Source: an uncultured Alphaproteobacteria bacterium
GTDB taxonomy: Bacteria > Pseudomonadota > Alphaproteobacteria > RF32 > CAG-239
Assembly (NCBI GenBank): GCA_944392295.1
Contig: CALXWE010000004.1
Coordinates: 45,819-109,818 of the forward strand
DNA: 64,000 nt
Direction of reading: 5' to 3'
Under the pieces are notes generated by a model. That model saw nothing but the letters and a program-made list of their open reading frames with translations. It had not been told where the DNA came from and did no database searches. Both the position numbers and the translations under genes were made by a program. This document shows, piece by piece, positions 28,201 through 38,841 of the stretch (the first letter of the stretch is position 1; every line of letters begins with the position of its first letter).

Positions 28201-29379
28201 CTAGAATACCAATCTCATTGTATCTTTGGCAATCATCAATTCTTCATCGGTCGGGATAACAAAAACTTTTACTTTAGAATCCGGGGTTGATATTTCCAAA
28301 GTTTGTCCGCGTTTATTGTTATTTTCTTCATTAAGCTTAATGCCTAAATAAGCTAAGCGCTCAACAACAAGTTTACGAACGATTGAACCGTTTTCACCTA
28401 CACCTGCGGTAAAGACAATGGCGTCAACGCCGCCCAACACGGCAATGTAACCGCCGATAAAACGCAATAAGGTGTGAACATAGACGTTCATAGCATCAAT
28501 AGCATCTTGCTCGCCGTTTAAATAACGTGCTTCAACATCACGATTATCGGAAAATCCGCAAATGCCGAACATGCCGCTTTGTTTGTTAAGCAAAGTATTT
28601 ACTTCGTCTACGGTCTTGTTTTGAGTTTTCATAATGTACAGCGGAATGTAGGGATCGATATCGCCGGAACGAGTACCCATAACAACACCGGCCAGCGGAG
28701 TAAAGCCCATGGAGGTATCAACGCATTTACCGTGCTCAATGGCGGCAATTGACGCTCCGTTGCCTAAATGGCAGGTAATGATTTTACCTTCTTTACCAAT
28801 AAGTTCGGCAGCTTTTTGTGATACATATTTATGCGAAGTGCCATGGAAACCGTAACGACGAATTTTGTGCTCGGTGTATTGTTCTTTAGGCAGAGCGTAT
28901 AAAAAGGCTTCTTTAGCCATGGTCTGATGAAAAGCCGTATCAAATACTACAACTTGCGGAATATTTGGCAAAATGCTCTTTACGGCTCTGATACCGGCAA
29001 CGCTTGCCGGATTGTGTAAAGGTGCGAGCTCGGAAAGTTCGGCAATTTCTTCAATAACCTCATCGGTTACTATAGCAGAGCCCTTAAATGTTTCGCCGCC
29101 ATGCACAATACGGTGTCCTACGGCGCTTAATTCATCCATGCTGTGCAAAGGACCGCTCAAGAGCATATTTAATACCTCGCGGATGGCTTCGGTATGGGTC
29201 GGTAATTCAACATCTTTAACTTGTTTATCATCACCTATTTTTAAGCTGACAAAAGAGCCGTGAATACCGATACGATCGGCAACACCTTTGGCCAAAACTT
29301 CGTAGTTGTCGCCGTCAACGTTAAACAGCTGATATTTTAATGATGAGGAACCGGAGTTTAATACTAAAATTTTTTTCAT
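28201..29379 (-). CDS. ackA: Acetate kinase
   Basis: MKKILVLNSGSSSLKYQLF, RIVHGG and FHGTSHKYV are canonical. 392 aa. Confidence 0.95.
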   Translation of the reverse strand: MKKILVLNSGSSSLKYQLFNVDGDNYEVLAKGVADRIGIHGSFVSLKIGDDKQVKDVELPTHTEAIREVLNMLLSGPLHSMDELSAVGHRIVHGGETFKGSAIVTDEVIEEIAELSELAPLHNPASVAGIRAVKSILPNIPQVVVFDTAFHQTMAKEAFLYALPKEQYTEHKIRRYGFHGTSHKYVSQKAAELIGKEGKIITCHLGNGASIAAIEHGKCVDTSMGFTPLAGVVMGTRSGDIDPYIPLYIMKTQNKTVDEVNTLLNKQSGMFGICGFSDNRDVEARYLNGEQDAIDAMNVYVHTLLRFIGGYIAVLGGVDAIVFTAGVGENGSIVRKLVVERLAYLGIKLNEENNNKRGQTLEISTPDSKVKVFVIPTDEELMIAKDTMRLVF

Positions 29380-29403
29380 GTCTGTTTCCTTAAAAATTGA
29401 ATA

Positions 29404-30408
29404 TTACTTGTGAGTAGCCTGTAAGCAGGTGATGGCAATTACGCCGGCGATATCTTCGGCAAAGGCTCCGCGAGATAAATCGTTAATCGGGGCATTTAAG
29501 CCTTGCAACATCGGACCGTAAGCTTCACATCCGCCCAATCTTTGCAACAATTTATATCCGATGTTTCCGGCTTCCAAGTTAGGGAAGATTAAAACTTTGG
29601 CCTTACCGGCAACGTGGCTGTCGGGAGCTTTTTTCTTGGCAACTACGGCATCAAGTGCTGCATCGGCTTGCATTTCACCATCAATTTCAATGCCGGAATC
29701 TTTATAAATATCGGCTTTTAATGCTTCTTGAGCCAGGGCTGTGGCATTGCGTACTTTATCAACGTTTTCGCTCTTGGCCGAGCCACGGGTTGAAAATGAT
29801 AACATGGCAACTTTGGGCTCAATTCCGAATTGAATGGCTGTTTCGGCGGCGGTTAAAGCAATATCAGAAAGTTCTTTTTCCGTCGGATTAATTACTACTC
29901 CGCAGTCGGAAAATAAATATGGGGTGTCGTTTGATATCATAATCAAAAATGATGAAACACAGCGGTCTTTCTTAGCTGATTTTATAATCTGTAAGGCCGG
30001 ACGAACCGTATCGGCCGTTGAGTGATTGGCTCCCGATACCATACCGTCGGCATCACCGGCTTTTACCATTAAGGTTCCAAAGTAGGTATAGTTTACGGCA
30101 GTCTGTGCAGCTTGCTCTAAAGTCATACCTTTTTCTTTACGAAGGTTATATAATAATTCGGTATATTCGGCAAGCTTGGGTGATTTTTCGGGTTCTACTA
30201 CTTCAATCCCTCTTAAGCTCCAACCGTTCTTATTAAAATAATCGTGAATTTGGTCTTCTTTTCCGAGTATTATGAGCTTAGCGGCGTTGGCATCGGCAAT
30301 GATGTGTGCTGCTTTTAAAACTCTTTCCTCTTCACCTTCGGGTAAGACTATTGTTTTTAAATTTTCTGAGGCTTTGGCTATTATGCCGTTGAGATATTTA
30401 CTGAGCAT
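29404..30408 (-). CDS. pta: Phosphate acetyltransferase
   Basis: 334-aa PTA_PTB-type protein (…GADGMVSGANHSTADTVRPALQIIK…, …FPNLEAGNIGYKLLQRLGG…). Immediately upstream of ackA. Confidence 0.92.
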   Translation of the reverse strand: MLSKYLNGIIAKASENLKTIVLPEGEEERVLKAAHIIADANAAKLIILGKEDQIHDYFNKNGWSLRGIEVVEPEKSPKLAEYTELLYNLRKEKGMTLEQAAQTAVNYTYFGTLMVKAGDADGMVSGANHSTADTVRPALQIIKSAKKDRCVSSFLIMISNDTPYLFSDCGVVINPTEKELSDIALTAAETAIQFGIEPKVAMLSFSTRGSAKSENVDKVRNATALAQEALKADIYKDSGIEIDGEMQADAALDAVVAKKKAPDSHVAGKAKVLIFPNLEAGNIGYKLLQRLGGCEAYGPMLQGLNAPINDLSRGAFAEDIAGVIAITCLQATHK

Positions 30409-30549
30409 TTTTTATTTCCTTGTTTTTATTAAGATTATTTATGCCTAAACATTAAGCACTATATTGATAAAAAGTCTATAAAAAGTTTTGATTTTTACCA
30501 GATTTTATAATACCATACCCTAAATTATGTATAATGAGGTGGTGTGCTT

Positions 30550-31587
30550 ATGAAATTGAAGTTTTTTGTAGCTGTTTTGCTTTGCTTGTTCCCAATGATT
30601 TCTTGGGCCGAGGTTAGCTTTGATGCCGAGGTTAAGGCCTTTGCCGAGGCCGATAATGCGGCGCTTGCCAAAGAACAGGCTTTAACCAAAGCTAACAGAG
30701 AAGCCTTCTTAAAAGTTGCCTCGCGGCTTACAACCAAGGCTAATGTTGATGAGCTTGATAAATTAACCGATGAACAGATTGCTCATTTTATTCGTTCGGC
30801 ATCTTTTGCGGATGAAGTTAACGGCGCCACCACTTATGAAGCCGATTTAACGGTTAATATTAACGGTAAGTTGTTAAAACAGTATATGCAGGAAAATAAT
30901 ATGCTGGAAATGGTTTCGGCTCCGGCGCAAATATTAATTGTTCCGCTGTTTGCCGATACTTTATATCCGGATAAGGTCTTGTGGGAAGACGGTAATGTTT
31001 GGATGTCGGCATGGCTTGATAAAGGACTTATTAAATCGGGGTCGTTTGATTTTAAGGTTATTCCCGATATAGCTCCCAATAAAAATCTGCTATCGACCTA
31101 TAAAGCCGCAAATATGACAAGAGATGTTTATGACAGGCTTGTTGAAATTAACGGCATTAAAGATGTTTTTGTGGTAAGTGCCGTAAGGGCCGGCAGAAAT
31201 AATTTGGTGCTGATTATTACTTCGGTTCCCGATAATGTTGAAAAACGTTTTATGGTTACTGATGAAAACGGGCAAACACTCGAAAAAGCAATTGCCGAAA
31301 CGGTTGGCTATATAACTCTTACCATGCAGGAAAAAAATATGAGTGAAAATACCCGTACAGGTTATATATCTGCTGTCTTTCGTTATCAGAAACTGAAAGA
31401 TTGGCTTAATATGGAAAAACGCCTAAAGTCGGTGCCACAGGTTAAAAATGTTAAAACCGAATCGGTAGGCAACGGACAGGTTAAACTTAATTTTGAATTT
31501 TCCGGCTCGGAAGCATCACTGCGTTCCTCTATGGAAAATTTGGGCATCTTCTTGCAATCAGATAACGGAAATTATATCTTAAGATAG
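30550..31587 (+). CDS. Secreted hypothetical protein
   Basis: MKLKFFVAVLLCLFPMISWA signal. SD GAGGTGG before the ATG at 30550 (the track starts at the GTG at 30544). No motif recognised. Confidence 0.5.
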   Translation: MKLKFFVAVLLCLFPMISWAEVSFDAEVKAFAEADNAALAKEQALTKANREAFLKVASRLTTKANVDELDKLTDEQIAHFIRSASFADEVNGATTYEADLTVNINGKLLKQYMQENNMLEMVSAPAQILIVPLFADTLYPDKVLWEDGNVWMSAWLDKGLIKSGSFDFKVIPDIAPNKNLLSTYKAANMTRDVYDRLVEINGIKDVFVVSAVRAGRNNLVLIITSVPDNVEKRFMVTDENGQTLEKAIAETVGYITLTMQEKNMSENTRTGYISAVFRYQKLKDWLNMEKRLKSVPQVKNVKTESVGNGQVKLNFEFSGSEASLRSSMENLGIFLQSDNGNYILR

Positions 31588-31601
31588 AAAAGGGTAATTT
31601 T

Positions 31602-32801
31602 ATGAAACAACAATCTCAAAAAAATAATGATATAAAAAAATTAGTAAGTGACTTAAAGGCAGAACAATCGCTTAAAGCTGAAGTTAAAGAAAAAAAGGAA
31701 CCGGCAAAAGAAACCGTTAAATCGCCGAAAATCCATGCCGTAAAGATTGCCGGAAACCATAACGCAATTACTTGGCTTACTATCTTTTTGTTGTTTTGTG
31801 TTGCCGTGTATACATTGCGTTCGGTTTTAATGCCGTTTGTTGCCGGTATTGTTTTGGGCTATTTGTTTGACCCGTTGGCGAGCCGCTTTGAAAAATGGGG
31901 AATGTCGAGAACTCTTGCTACCATTTTAGTTTTTGTGGTGGTGATTGTAATTGCCGTGCCGGCGATTTTATTCTTGTTCGGGATGATTAATGAGCAGTTG
32001 ACCGTTTTTGTTGATGCAACTCCGGGATATATCGCTTCTTTTATAAAACGTACGGAACCGATGCTTTTAAGTCTGCAGGAAAAATTTCCTGATTTGGAAA
32101 TTGCCAATATTAAAGCCGTTTTAAAAGATAATATGACCAGCGGACTGCAGCTGGGCGGTAAACTCTTAAAAGGGGTTATTAATAACGGTTTTGCCATTAT
32201 TAACCTTATATCTTTGCTCTTAATTACTCCTGTTGTGGCCTTTTATATGTTAAGAGATTGGGATACTTTTGTTAAAAAAGTAGATACTCTTTTACCGCGT
32301 AAATCAAAGGCTACCATTCGTGAACAATTTAAACAAATCGACAGAGCTTTATCCGGTTTTATCAGAGGTCAACTCAGTGTTTGCTTGATTTTGGGAACTT
32401 ATTATTCTCTCGGATTAAAGTTTATCGGTTTGGAACTTGGTGTGTTGGTAGGCTTTTTGGCAGGACTTATCTCATTTATCCCTTACGTCGGAAGTATTTC
32501 GGGGTTTGTTATAAGTATTGTTTTGGCCTTAGCTCAATTTAATGATTATACCAAAGTTTTGGAAGTTATTGCCGTGTTTGCCGTAGGTCAGTTTGTTGAA
32601 GGCAACTTCTTAACTCCGAAACTTGTTGGTGATAATGTGGGGCTGCACCCTGTATGGGTTATGTTTGCTTTACTGGCAGGTGGTGTCCTTTTAGGATTTT
32701 TAGGCTTGATGATTGCTGTGCCGGTTGCTGCCATTATCGGTGTATTAATGCGTTATGCCATTAATAACTACAAAAAAAGCAGCTTGTATCTTGAAGATTA
32801 A
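31602..32801 (+). CDS. AI-2E family transporter (PerM/YhhT, UPF0118)
   Basis: Multi-TM protein. The C-terminal pattern GNFLTPKLVGDNVGLHPVWVMFALLAGGVLLGFLGLMIAVPVAAII is typical of the family. Hairpin AAAGGAGGC/GCCTCCTTT at 32803-32825. Confidence 0.75.
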   Translation: MKQQSQKNNDIKKLVSDLKAEQSLKAEVKEKKEPAKETVKSPKIHAVKIAGNHNAITWLTIFLLFCVAVYTLRSVLMPFVAGIVLGYLFDPLASRFEKWGMSRTLATILVFVVVIVIAVPAILFLFGMINEQLTVFVDATPGYIASFIKRTEPMLLSLQEKFPDLEIANIKAVLKDNMTSGLQLGGKLLKGVINNGFAIINLISLLLITPVVAFYMLRDWDTFVKKVDTLLPRKSKATIREQFKQIDRALSGFIRGQLSVCLILGTYYSLGLKFIGLELGVLVGFLAGLISFIPYVGSISGFVISIVLALAQFNDYTKVLEVIAVFAVGQFVEGNFLTPKLVGDNVGLHPVWVMFALLAGGVLLGFLGLMIAVPVAAIIGVLMRYAINNYKKSSLYLED

Positions 32802-32863
32802 TAAAGGAGGCGTTAAGCCTCCTTTATTAATAGTAATTTATTTGGTTATCTGTCGTTTTTTTA

Positions 32864-33829
32864 TTAATATTCTCGACTTTTATTGTAACCCTTAAGGCGA
32901 GCAGCCTCACGGCATTTGTCGCGCGCGTTTAAAAACTTATCATACTGCTCTTTGGCCTTTTGAGCTTCTTGAGTGTTACCGACTTGCTGATATAGATAAT
33001 TTAACGAGTAATATATATTTTTCTTTTCATTAAATTTGCGACCGCGGCTGAAATCTTGATCATTAATAACGGTTAACAGCTCTTGGTATATGGCGATTTT
33101 ATCATCAGTTGTGTGCGGCTTGTTAAGTTCTTCTCTTAATTGCTCATAGCGAATCTGGTTAAACTCCTGCCGTTCGGCGCGTTGTTGGGCTAAATCTTGT
33201 TTATACTCAAAATACAATTCTTTAATTTGGCGGTTATAATCGTAAGCTTTAGTGTCGATGGTTTTCTTTTTTATTTCCAGTAATAAAGCATAGCGCTTTT
33301 GTGCCGGAATATTTTTCATAAAATACTGCACTTGGCGGGCAATAATATTTAATGGCTGATGGTCAAAACTACCGTCATTGTGCTTTATATCTTTTACCGA
33401 TTTTTTAACGATTTCAAAGCGGTTGTTCCATGAAGTAGGTAAACGTTGTTCATCAATATCGTAAAGATGCTCATAAATACCAATACGGGTTGTAGTATTT
33501 TGCTTAGAATCATTGGGAATAAATTGTAAAATTTTTTTAAACTTGTTATAGGTTATGAGCATAAGCTCATCATCTTCGCAGTCGGCATCAATTTTGTAAC
33601 GATTGTTTATAGCTTGTTCTACAAGAGCCACTTTCTTTTGATAGTTTTCGGGGATATGGGGCAAAAGTTCGGCAACGGCTTCTTGATGAGGCATTTTGGC
33701 AACGGTGTCTATATCTTTTCTTGCTAAACGGCACAATGGCTCTAAAGATTTTCGTGGTCCGTCAATATTAAAATCATCACATACGCGGTGGTACACATAT
33801 TGTTCAAAAAGAGTTTTATTTCCGTTCAT
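32864..33829 (-). CDS. Hypothetical helical protein (321 aa)
   Basis: Long ORF with coding-like composition and no recognised motif. The C-terminal part has TPR-like heptads. Confidence 0.45.
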   Translation of the reverse strand: MNGNKTLFEQYVYHRVCDDFNIDGPRKSLEPLCRLARKDIDTVAKMPHQEAVAELLPHIPENYQKKVALVEQAINNRYKIDADCEDDELMLITYNKFKKILQFIPNDSKQNTTTRIGIYEHLYDIDEQRLPTSWNNRFEIVKKSVKDIKHNDGSFDHQPLNIIARQVQYFMKNIPAQKRYALLLEIKKKTIDTKAYDYNRQIKELYFEYKQDLAQQRAERQEFNQIRYEQLREELNKPHTTDDKIAIYQELLTVINDQDFSRGRKFNEKKNIYYSLNYLYQQVGNTQEAQKAKEQYDKFLNARDKCREAARLKGYNKSREY

Positions 33830-33841
33830 GCAAAAAACTTC

Positions 33842-34279
33842 CTACAATTTTTTTACCATCTTGGCAAAAGTTAGTCCCTGTTCTTCAAATAAATCGCCTT
33901 CTTGGTGGTAACCGAGCTTTTCATAAAAATGTACCACGGAAAGCATTGCATGCATAACAATTTGTGAATATCCGGCTTCTTTGGCGCGTTTTTCGGCGTA
34001 AGCAACCAGAGCTTTACCAACACCTTCGCCTTGATGTACGGTATCTACGGCAACCTGCATCAATCTGATTTCTTTATCATTTACAGGAGCTAAAATTAAG
34101 CCGCCGACCAGTTTGTCATCAAGGCTTTCAATACAGCCGATATGTAAATAAGAAATTTCCTTATCGCGAAACGAATCAAGAAACTTTAGACCAAGCGGCT
34201 CAAGCAGAATTTTATAACGAAGTTCTACCAATTCATCATAACGGGAAGAGCCAAATTCAATATCTACTATTTTTTTCAT
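33842..34279 (-). CDS. GNAT family N-acetyltransferase
   Basis: Acetyl-CoA motif A: QVAVDTVHQGEGVGKALVAYAEKRAKEAGY. Confidence 0.8.
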   Translation of the reverse strand: MKKIVDIEFGSSRYDELVELRYKILLEPLGLKFLDSFRDKEISYLHIGCIESLDDKLVGGLILAPVNDKEIRLMQVAVDTVHQGEGVGKALVAYAEKRAKEAGYSQIVMHAMLSVVHFYEKLGYHQEGDLFEEQGLTFAKMVKKL

Positions 34280-34396
34280 GAGCCGTCTCCTTTAATACTA
34301 AACATTAGAACATATTTTACTGATTTTTTCAATATTATATTGCTTAAAGTAAAAAATTAATTTATCAATGGTGTAAAATGAATAAAGGATAGTAAC

Positions 34397-36199
34397 ATGA
34401 CGGATTTAAGCTTGATTAGAAATTTTGCGATTATTGCCCATATCGACCATGGTAAATCGACATTGGCCGACAGAATGATTGAATATTGCGGTGGTTTGAG
34501 CGAACGAGAAATGACCGATCAAGTGTTAGATTCGATGGATATCGAAAAAGAACGCGGCATTACCATCAAAGCCCAGACCGTAAGGCTTAATTATAAGGCT
34601 AAAGATGGTAAAACTTATCAGCTTAATTTAATGGATACTCCGGGACACGTAGATTTTTCATATGAGGTTTCGCGCTCGCTGGCTTCATGTGAAGGCTCGG
34701 TATTGGTGGTTGACGCTACCCAAGGGGTTGAGGCTCAAACTTTGGCTAACGTTTATTTGGCAATTGAAAATAATCATGAGATTGTGCCGGTGTTAAACAA
34801 AGTTGATTTACCCTCGGCCGATGTGGAAAGGGTTAAGCAGCAGATAGAGGATGTTATCGGGCTTGATGCTTCCGATGCGGTTGAGACATCGGGTAAAACC
34901 GGTTTTGGCGTACCGGATTTGTTGGAAGCTATAGTACATAGATTACCGGCGCCGAAAGGCGATGAAAATGCTCCGTTAAAGGCTCTTTTGATTGATAGCT
35001 GGTATGATTCATATCTTGGTGTTATTATTTTAGTACGAATTAAAGACGGCGTATTAAAGAAGAAAATGCCAATACGTATGATGTCGAATAATGCAGTATA
35101 TTCTGTTGATAAAGTAGGTATATTTACGCCCAAGATGCAAGATGTTGAAGCCTTATATCCGGGTGAAGTCGGCTTTATTACCGCAAGTATTAAGAGTGTT
35201 AGCGACTGTCGTGTAGGTGATACAATTACCGATAATAAAACCCCTTGTTTGGAAGCGCTGCCGGGGTTTAAACCTTCCATTCCGGTGGTGTTCTGCTCTA
35301 TTTTTCCGGTAGATTCAAGCCAGTATGATGCCTTAAAAGATGCTTTGGCTAAGTTAAAACTTAATGATGCCAGTATTAATTATCAGAACGAAAATTCAGC
35401 GGCCCTTGGTTTGGGTTTTAGATGCGGATTTTTGGGCTTGCTTCATATGGAAATTATTCAAGAGCGAATCGGTCGTGAGTTTGATTTAGATATTATTACC
35501 ACGGCGCCATCGGTTGCTTATAAACTTCATATGACAACAGGTGAAGAACTTATGCTCCACAATCCGGCCGATATGCCCGATTTAAGTACCGTACGCTCTA
35601 TTGAAGAACCTATGGTAAGAGCAACAATTTTAGTGCCGGATAATTATTTGGGTGCCGTGTTAAAATTATGTACGGAAAGACGCGGTGAACAAGAAGAATT
35701 AACTTATGTCGGCAGCCGTGCCATGGTGGTTTATAAAATTCCGCTTAATGAGATTGTTTTTGATTTTTATGATCGCTTAAAATCGATTACCAGCGGATAT
35801 GCCAGCTTTGATTATGAGCTGACCGGATATCAGGAAGCGGATTTGGTTAAGGTACAGATTTTAATTAATGAAGAGCCGGTTGACGCGTTGGCGTTTTTGT
35901 GTCATCGCAGTGAGGCAGAATCTCGTGGAAGACAGATTTGCGAACGCTTAAAAGACTTAATTCCGAGGCACTTATTTAAGATTCCGATACAAGCGGCTAT
36001 CGGCGGAAGAGTTGTAGCACGTGAAACCATTTCGGCACTGCGTAAAGATGTAACGGCAAAATGTTACGGCGGGGATGTAACCCGTAAACGTAAGTTATTG
36101 GATAAGCAAAAGAAAGGTAAACAGCGTATGCGTCAATTCGGTAAAGTTGAAGTACCGCAATCGGCGTTTATCGAAGCTTTGCGAATCGGCGACGATTAA
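34397..36199 (+). CDS. lepA: Translation elongation factor 4
   Basis: [28 protein letters not shown] and NKVDL, plus the LepA C-terminal domain (...[26 protein letters not shown]). 600 aa. Confidence 0.97.
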   Translation: MTDLSLIRNFAIIAHIDHGKSTLADRMIEYCGGLSEREMTDQVLDSMDIEKERGITIKAQTVRLNYKAKDGKTYQLNLMDTPGHVDFSYEVSRSLASCEGSVLVVDATQGVEAQTLANVYLAIENNHEIVPVLNKVDLPSADVERVKQQIEDVIGLDASDAVETSGKTGFGVPDLLEAIVHRLPAPKGDENAPLKALLIDSWYDSYLGVIILVRIKDGVLKKKMPIRMMSNNAVYSVDKVGIFTPKMQDVEALYPGEVGFITASIKSVSDCRVGDTITDNKTPCLEALPGFKPSIPVVFCSIFPVDSSQYDALKDALAKLKLNDASINYQNENSAALGLGFRCGFLGLLHMEIIQERIGREFDLDIITTAPSVAYKLHMTTGEELMLHNPADMPDLSTVRSIEEPMVRATILVPDNYLGAVLKLCTERRGEQEELTYVGSRAMVVYKIPLNEIVFDFYDRLKSITSGYASFDYELTGYQEADLVKVQILINEEPVDALAFLCHRSEAESRGRQICERLKDLIPRHLFKIPIQAAIGGRVVARETISALRKDVTAKCYGGDVTRKRKLLDKQKKGKQRMRQFGKVEVPQSAFIEALRIGDD

Positions 36200-36277
36200 A
36201 AGGCGTGATATGGCTTTGTACAGAGTAGTGAAACTATAAAGTATGGTTAGTTTATTAATGCTTTTGTTATGACTTTT

Positions 36278-37069
36278 TTATTTTGTAAAATCAAACTGTA
36301 TCCACTGGTAAAAGTAAAGACTACCGTTATTTACAAACTCATTGTAACTTTTTTGGCAGGCTTCATAAAAATCGTGGGTTGTCATATTAGGTAGGCAAGG
36401 GGATGTAGATTTACAATTTTGCCGATAATAGTAATAATATGGTCGCTCAATCCAAACGGTTGTCAAAGATGAAGTTTCTGGTTGTATGGATTTTAACATC
36501 TGAAACGTATTAACACAAGCATCTACGGAGCTTTGTGCTTTGTTATAATGAATAATAAATGCAAGATTATTTCCATTTTTTCCTACATATAATTCTATGC
36601 TTATACCAAGAGAGGTTTTGACAACGTTTTTGCTTATATAAGATACACCATCAGGTAATGATTTTAATGTATTCAGTAACCCGGCGACATCTGTTCCCGA
36701 AGATGTTTTTTCGTAATATTTTTGTGAAATAGTCGATGTAACAGCGGTCAGCAGTTCCGAAATTTGTTGGGTGTGTTTATTTAATTTATATTTTGTCATC
36801 GCCTTAGAGTAGCCGGATATAGCGCCAACCGATAGAATGCCAATGATAGCAAGAACACCAAGCATTTCGACCATACTTCTTCCGGCGGAAAGTTTGTATA
36901 AGTGCTCATCTAAAGCCGTTTTACGGTACTGAAAAAAATTCATGTACTTTTTGTGTACACTAAAATTTTTTTCGCCCCTAGAAACGACTTTATCTAAACT
37001 CTTCTCCAAACTTTCGGGAAAAAAGGGGCTGATTTTTACGAATTGGCATAAAAATTGATAAAATTTCAT
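36278..37069 (-). CDS. Type IV pilin-like protein, variable family paralog D, 63-aa leader
   Basis: MKFYQFLCQFVKIS[33-aa insert]RKTALDEHLYKLSAG|RSMVEMLGVLAIIGILSVGAISGYSKAMTKYKLNKHTQQ. The same cassette precedes the MKF start. Confidence 0.7.
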   Translation of the reverse strand: MKFYQFLCQFVKISPFFPESLEKSLDKVVSRGEKNFSVHKKYMNFFQYRKTALDEHLYKLSAGRSMVEMLGVLAIIGILSVGAISGYSKAMTKYKLNKHTQQISELLTAVTSTISQKYYEKTSSGTDVAGLLNTLKSLPDGVSYISKNVVKTSLGISIELYVGKNGNNLAFIIHYNKAQSSVDACVNTFQMLKSIQPETSSLTTVWIERPYYYYYRQNCKSTSPCLPNMTTHDFYEACQKSYNEFVNNGSLYFYQWIQFDFTK

Positions 37070-37150
37070 CTAAAATCTCCGAGTTTTATTCACTAAAGGA
37101 CTTTAAACGAAATCATAAACCGTTTTTTTTTTTTGCAACTTTAAAAGGAA
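37070..37150 (-). promoter_or_regulatory. Conserved pilin-family upstream cassette (copy 4)
   Basis: Same cassette. Homopolymer 37123-37134 (12 nt). Confidence 0.6.
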
Positions 37151-37191
37151 GTTGTCGGAAATTATCTGAGAATAAAACTTAATTTGATTAC

Positions 37192-37227
37192 AAAAAAAAA
37201 CACTCTCATTACTGAGAGTGTTTTTTT
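37192..37227 (-). terminator. Rho-independent terminator after tuf (bidirectional form)
   Basis: A-run, CACTCTCA (37201-37208) / TGAGAGTG (37213-37220), loop TTAC, T-run. Confidence 0.85.
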
Positions 37228-37256
37228 ACTTAACAATTCCGATAAGTTTATAAATC

Positions 37257-38447
37257 TTACTTCAAGATTTTAGAAACTACACCGGCACCTACTGTGTGAC
37301 CGCCTTCACGAATAGCAAAACGTAAACCTTCGTTCATAGCAATCGGGTGAATCAATTTTGCTGTCATTGTGATGTTATCACCAGGCATTACCATCTCGGT
37401 TCCTTCAGGTAATTCAATCGAACCGGTTACGTCCGTTGTACGGAAGTAGAATTGAGGACGGTAGTTAGAGAAGAACGGAGTATGACGTCCACCTTCTTCT
37501 TTAGTCAAAATGTAGCATTCACAGGTAAATTCTGTGTGAGGTGTAATGGAGCCAGGAGCTGCCAATACTTGACCACGTTCTACTTCTTCTCTCTTGGTGC
37601 CACGCAACAATACACCAATGTTATCGCCGGCTTCACCTTCATCCAACAACTTACGGAACATTTCAATACCGGTACATGTTGTCTTTTGGGTCGGCTTAAT
37701 ACCTACGATTTCAATTTCATCGCCTACTTTGATTACACCGCGTTCTACACGTCCGGTTACCACTGTACCACGACCGGAAATTGAGAATACGTCTTCAATC
37801 GGCATCAAGAACGGTTTGTCCTTCGGACGATCAGGTTGCGGAATGTAGTTGTCTACGGCGTTCATCAATTCAATGATAGAATCGTGTCCAATCTTCGGAT
37901 CGCCGTTTTCCAATACTGCCAAGGCACTTCCTTTAATAATCGGAATTTCATCTCCAGGGAAACCGTAAGAGGTTAACAAATCTCTGATTTCCATCTCTAC
38001 CAATTCCAACAATTCAGGATCGTCTACTTGGTCTACTTTGTTCATGTATACAACAATCGCCGGTACACCTACTTGACGAGCAAGCAAAATGTGCTCACGA
38101 GTTTGCGGCATCGGTCCATCTGCTGCACTTACTACCAAAATTGCACCATCCATTTGGGCTGCACCGGTAATCATGTTCTTTACATAGTCTGCGTGGCCGG
38201 GGCAGTCTACGTGTGCGTAGTGACGCTTTGCTGTTTCATATTCTACGTGTGAGGTCGAAATGGTAATACCACGAGCCTTCTCTTCAGGTGCTTTATCAAT
38301 TTGATCATATGCAGTGAAGTTGGCTCCGCCTTGCTCTGCCAATACTTTGGTAATGGCGGCGGTTAATGTTGTTTTACCATGGTCTACGTGACCGATAGTT
38401 CCTATGTTGCAGTGCGGCTTGCTCCGCTCAAATTTCTCTTTTGCCAT
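37257..38447 (-). CDS. tuf: Elongation factor Tu
   Basis: [33 protein letters not shown]..., 396 aa. Start set at the ATG at 38447. The track ORF is artificially extended upstream through the two tRNA genes. Confidence 0.97.
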   Translation of the reverse strand: MAKEKFERSKPHCNIGTIGHVDHGKTTLTAAITKVLAEQGGANFTAYDQIDKAPEEKARGITISTSHVEYETAKRHYAHVDCPGHADYVKNMITGAAQMDGAILVVSAADGPMPQTREHILLARQVGVPAIVVYMNKVDQVDDPELLELVEMEIRDLLTSYGFPGDEIPIIKGSALAVLENGDPKIGHDSIIELMNAVDNYIPQPDRPKDKPFLMPIEDVFSISGRGTVVTGRVERGVIKVGDEIEIVGIKPTQKTTCTGIEMFRKLLDEGEAGDNIGVLLRGTKREEVERGQVLAAPGSITPHTEFTCECYILTKEEGGRHTPFFSNYRPQFYFRTTDVTGSIELPEGTEMVMPGDNITMTAKLIHPIAMNEGLRFAIREGGHTVGAGVVSKILK

Positions 38448-38501
38448 TGTTGCTCTACCTTTAAAAAAAAGATTAAATTGACTTCCGATATTTAAGGATT
38501 T

Positions 38502-38575
38502 TGGAGCGGGTGAGGGGAATCGAACCCCCGTAATAAGCTTGGAAGGCTTCTGCTCTACCATTGAGCTACACCCGC
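38502..38575 (-). tRNA. tRNA-Gly (anticodon TCC)
   Basis: The minus strand reads GCGGGTGTAGCTCAATGGTAGAGCAGAAGCCTTCCAAGCTTATTACGGGGGTTCGATTCCCCTCACCCGCTCCA. Cloverleaf with anticodon loop CT-TCC-AA and encoded CCA. Confidence 0.9.
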
Positions 38576-38605
38576 AAACTCTTAATATATCAGAAGCGAT
38601 TAAAC

Positions 38606-38691
38606 TGGTGGAGGGGGATGGATTCGAACCATCGTAGACGAAAGTCGACGGATTTACAGTCCGTTGCATTTGACCGCTCTGCCACCCCTCC
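38606..38691 (-). tRNA. tRNA-Tyr (anticodon GTA), long variable arm
   Basis: The minus strand reads GGAGGGGTGGCAGAGCGGTCAAATGCAACGGACTGTAAATCCGTCGACTTTCGTCTACGATGGTTCGAATCCATCCCCCTCCACCA. The tRNA-Tyr/Gly-tuf order is a common synteny. Confidence 0.9.
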
Positions 38692-38841
38692 GTTAATCAG
38701 ACGGGAAAAGAACTTTTCTTTTTTACCTTCTGAATTGCAAATAACCTTATTTTTCGGATAATGTCAACCCTTTTTTCACAATATCTTAATTAATTTTGCA
38801 TATTTTATTTGTTTATAAGAGGTTAGAACGGAGATTCGTCT

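Noticed and set aside
38448-38669. The track ORF extends tuf 74 codons upstream ([10 protein letters not shown]...[22 protein letters not shown]...).
   Set aside because: The extension is a read-through of the tRNA-Gly and tRNA-Tyr genes on the same strand. EF-Tu starts at the canonical MAKEKF (ATG at 38447).
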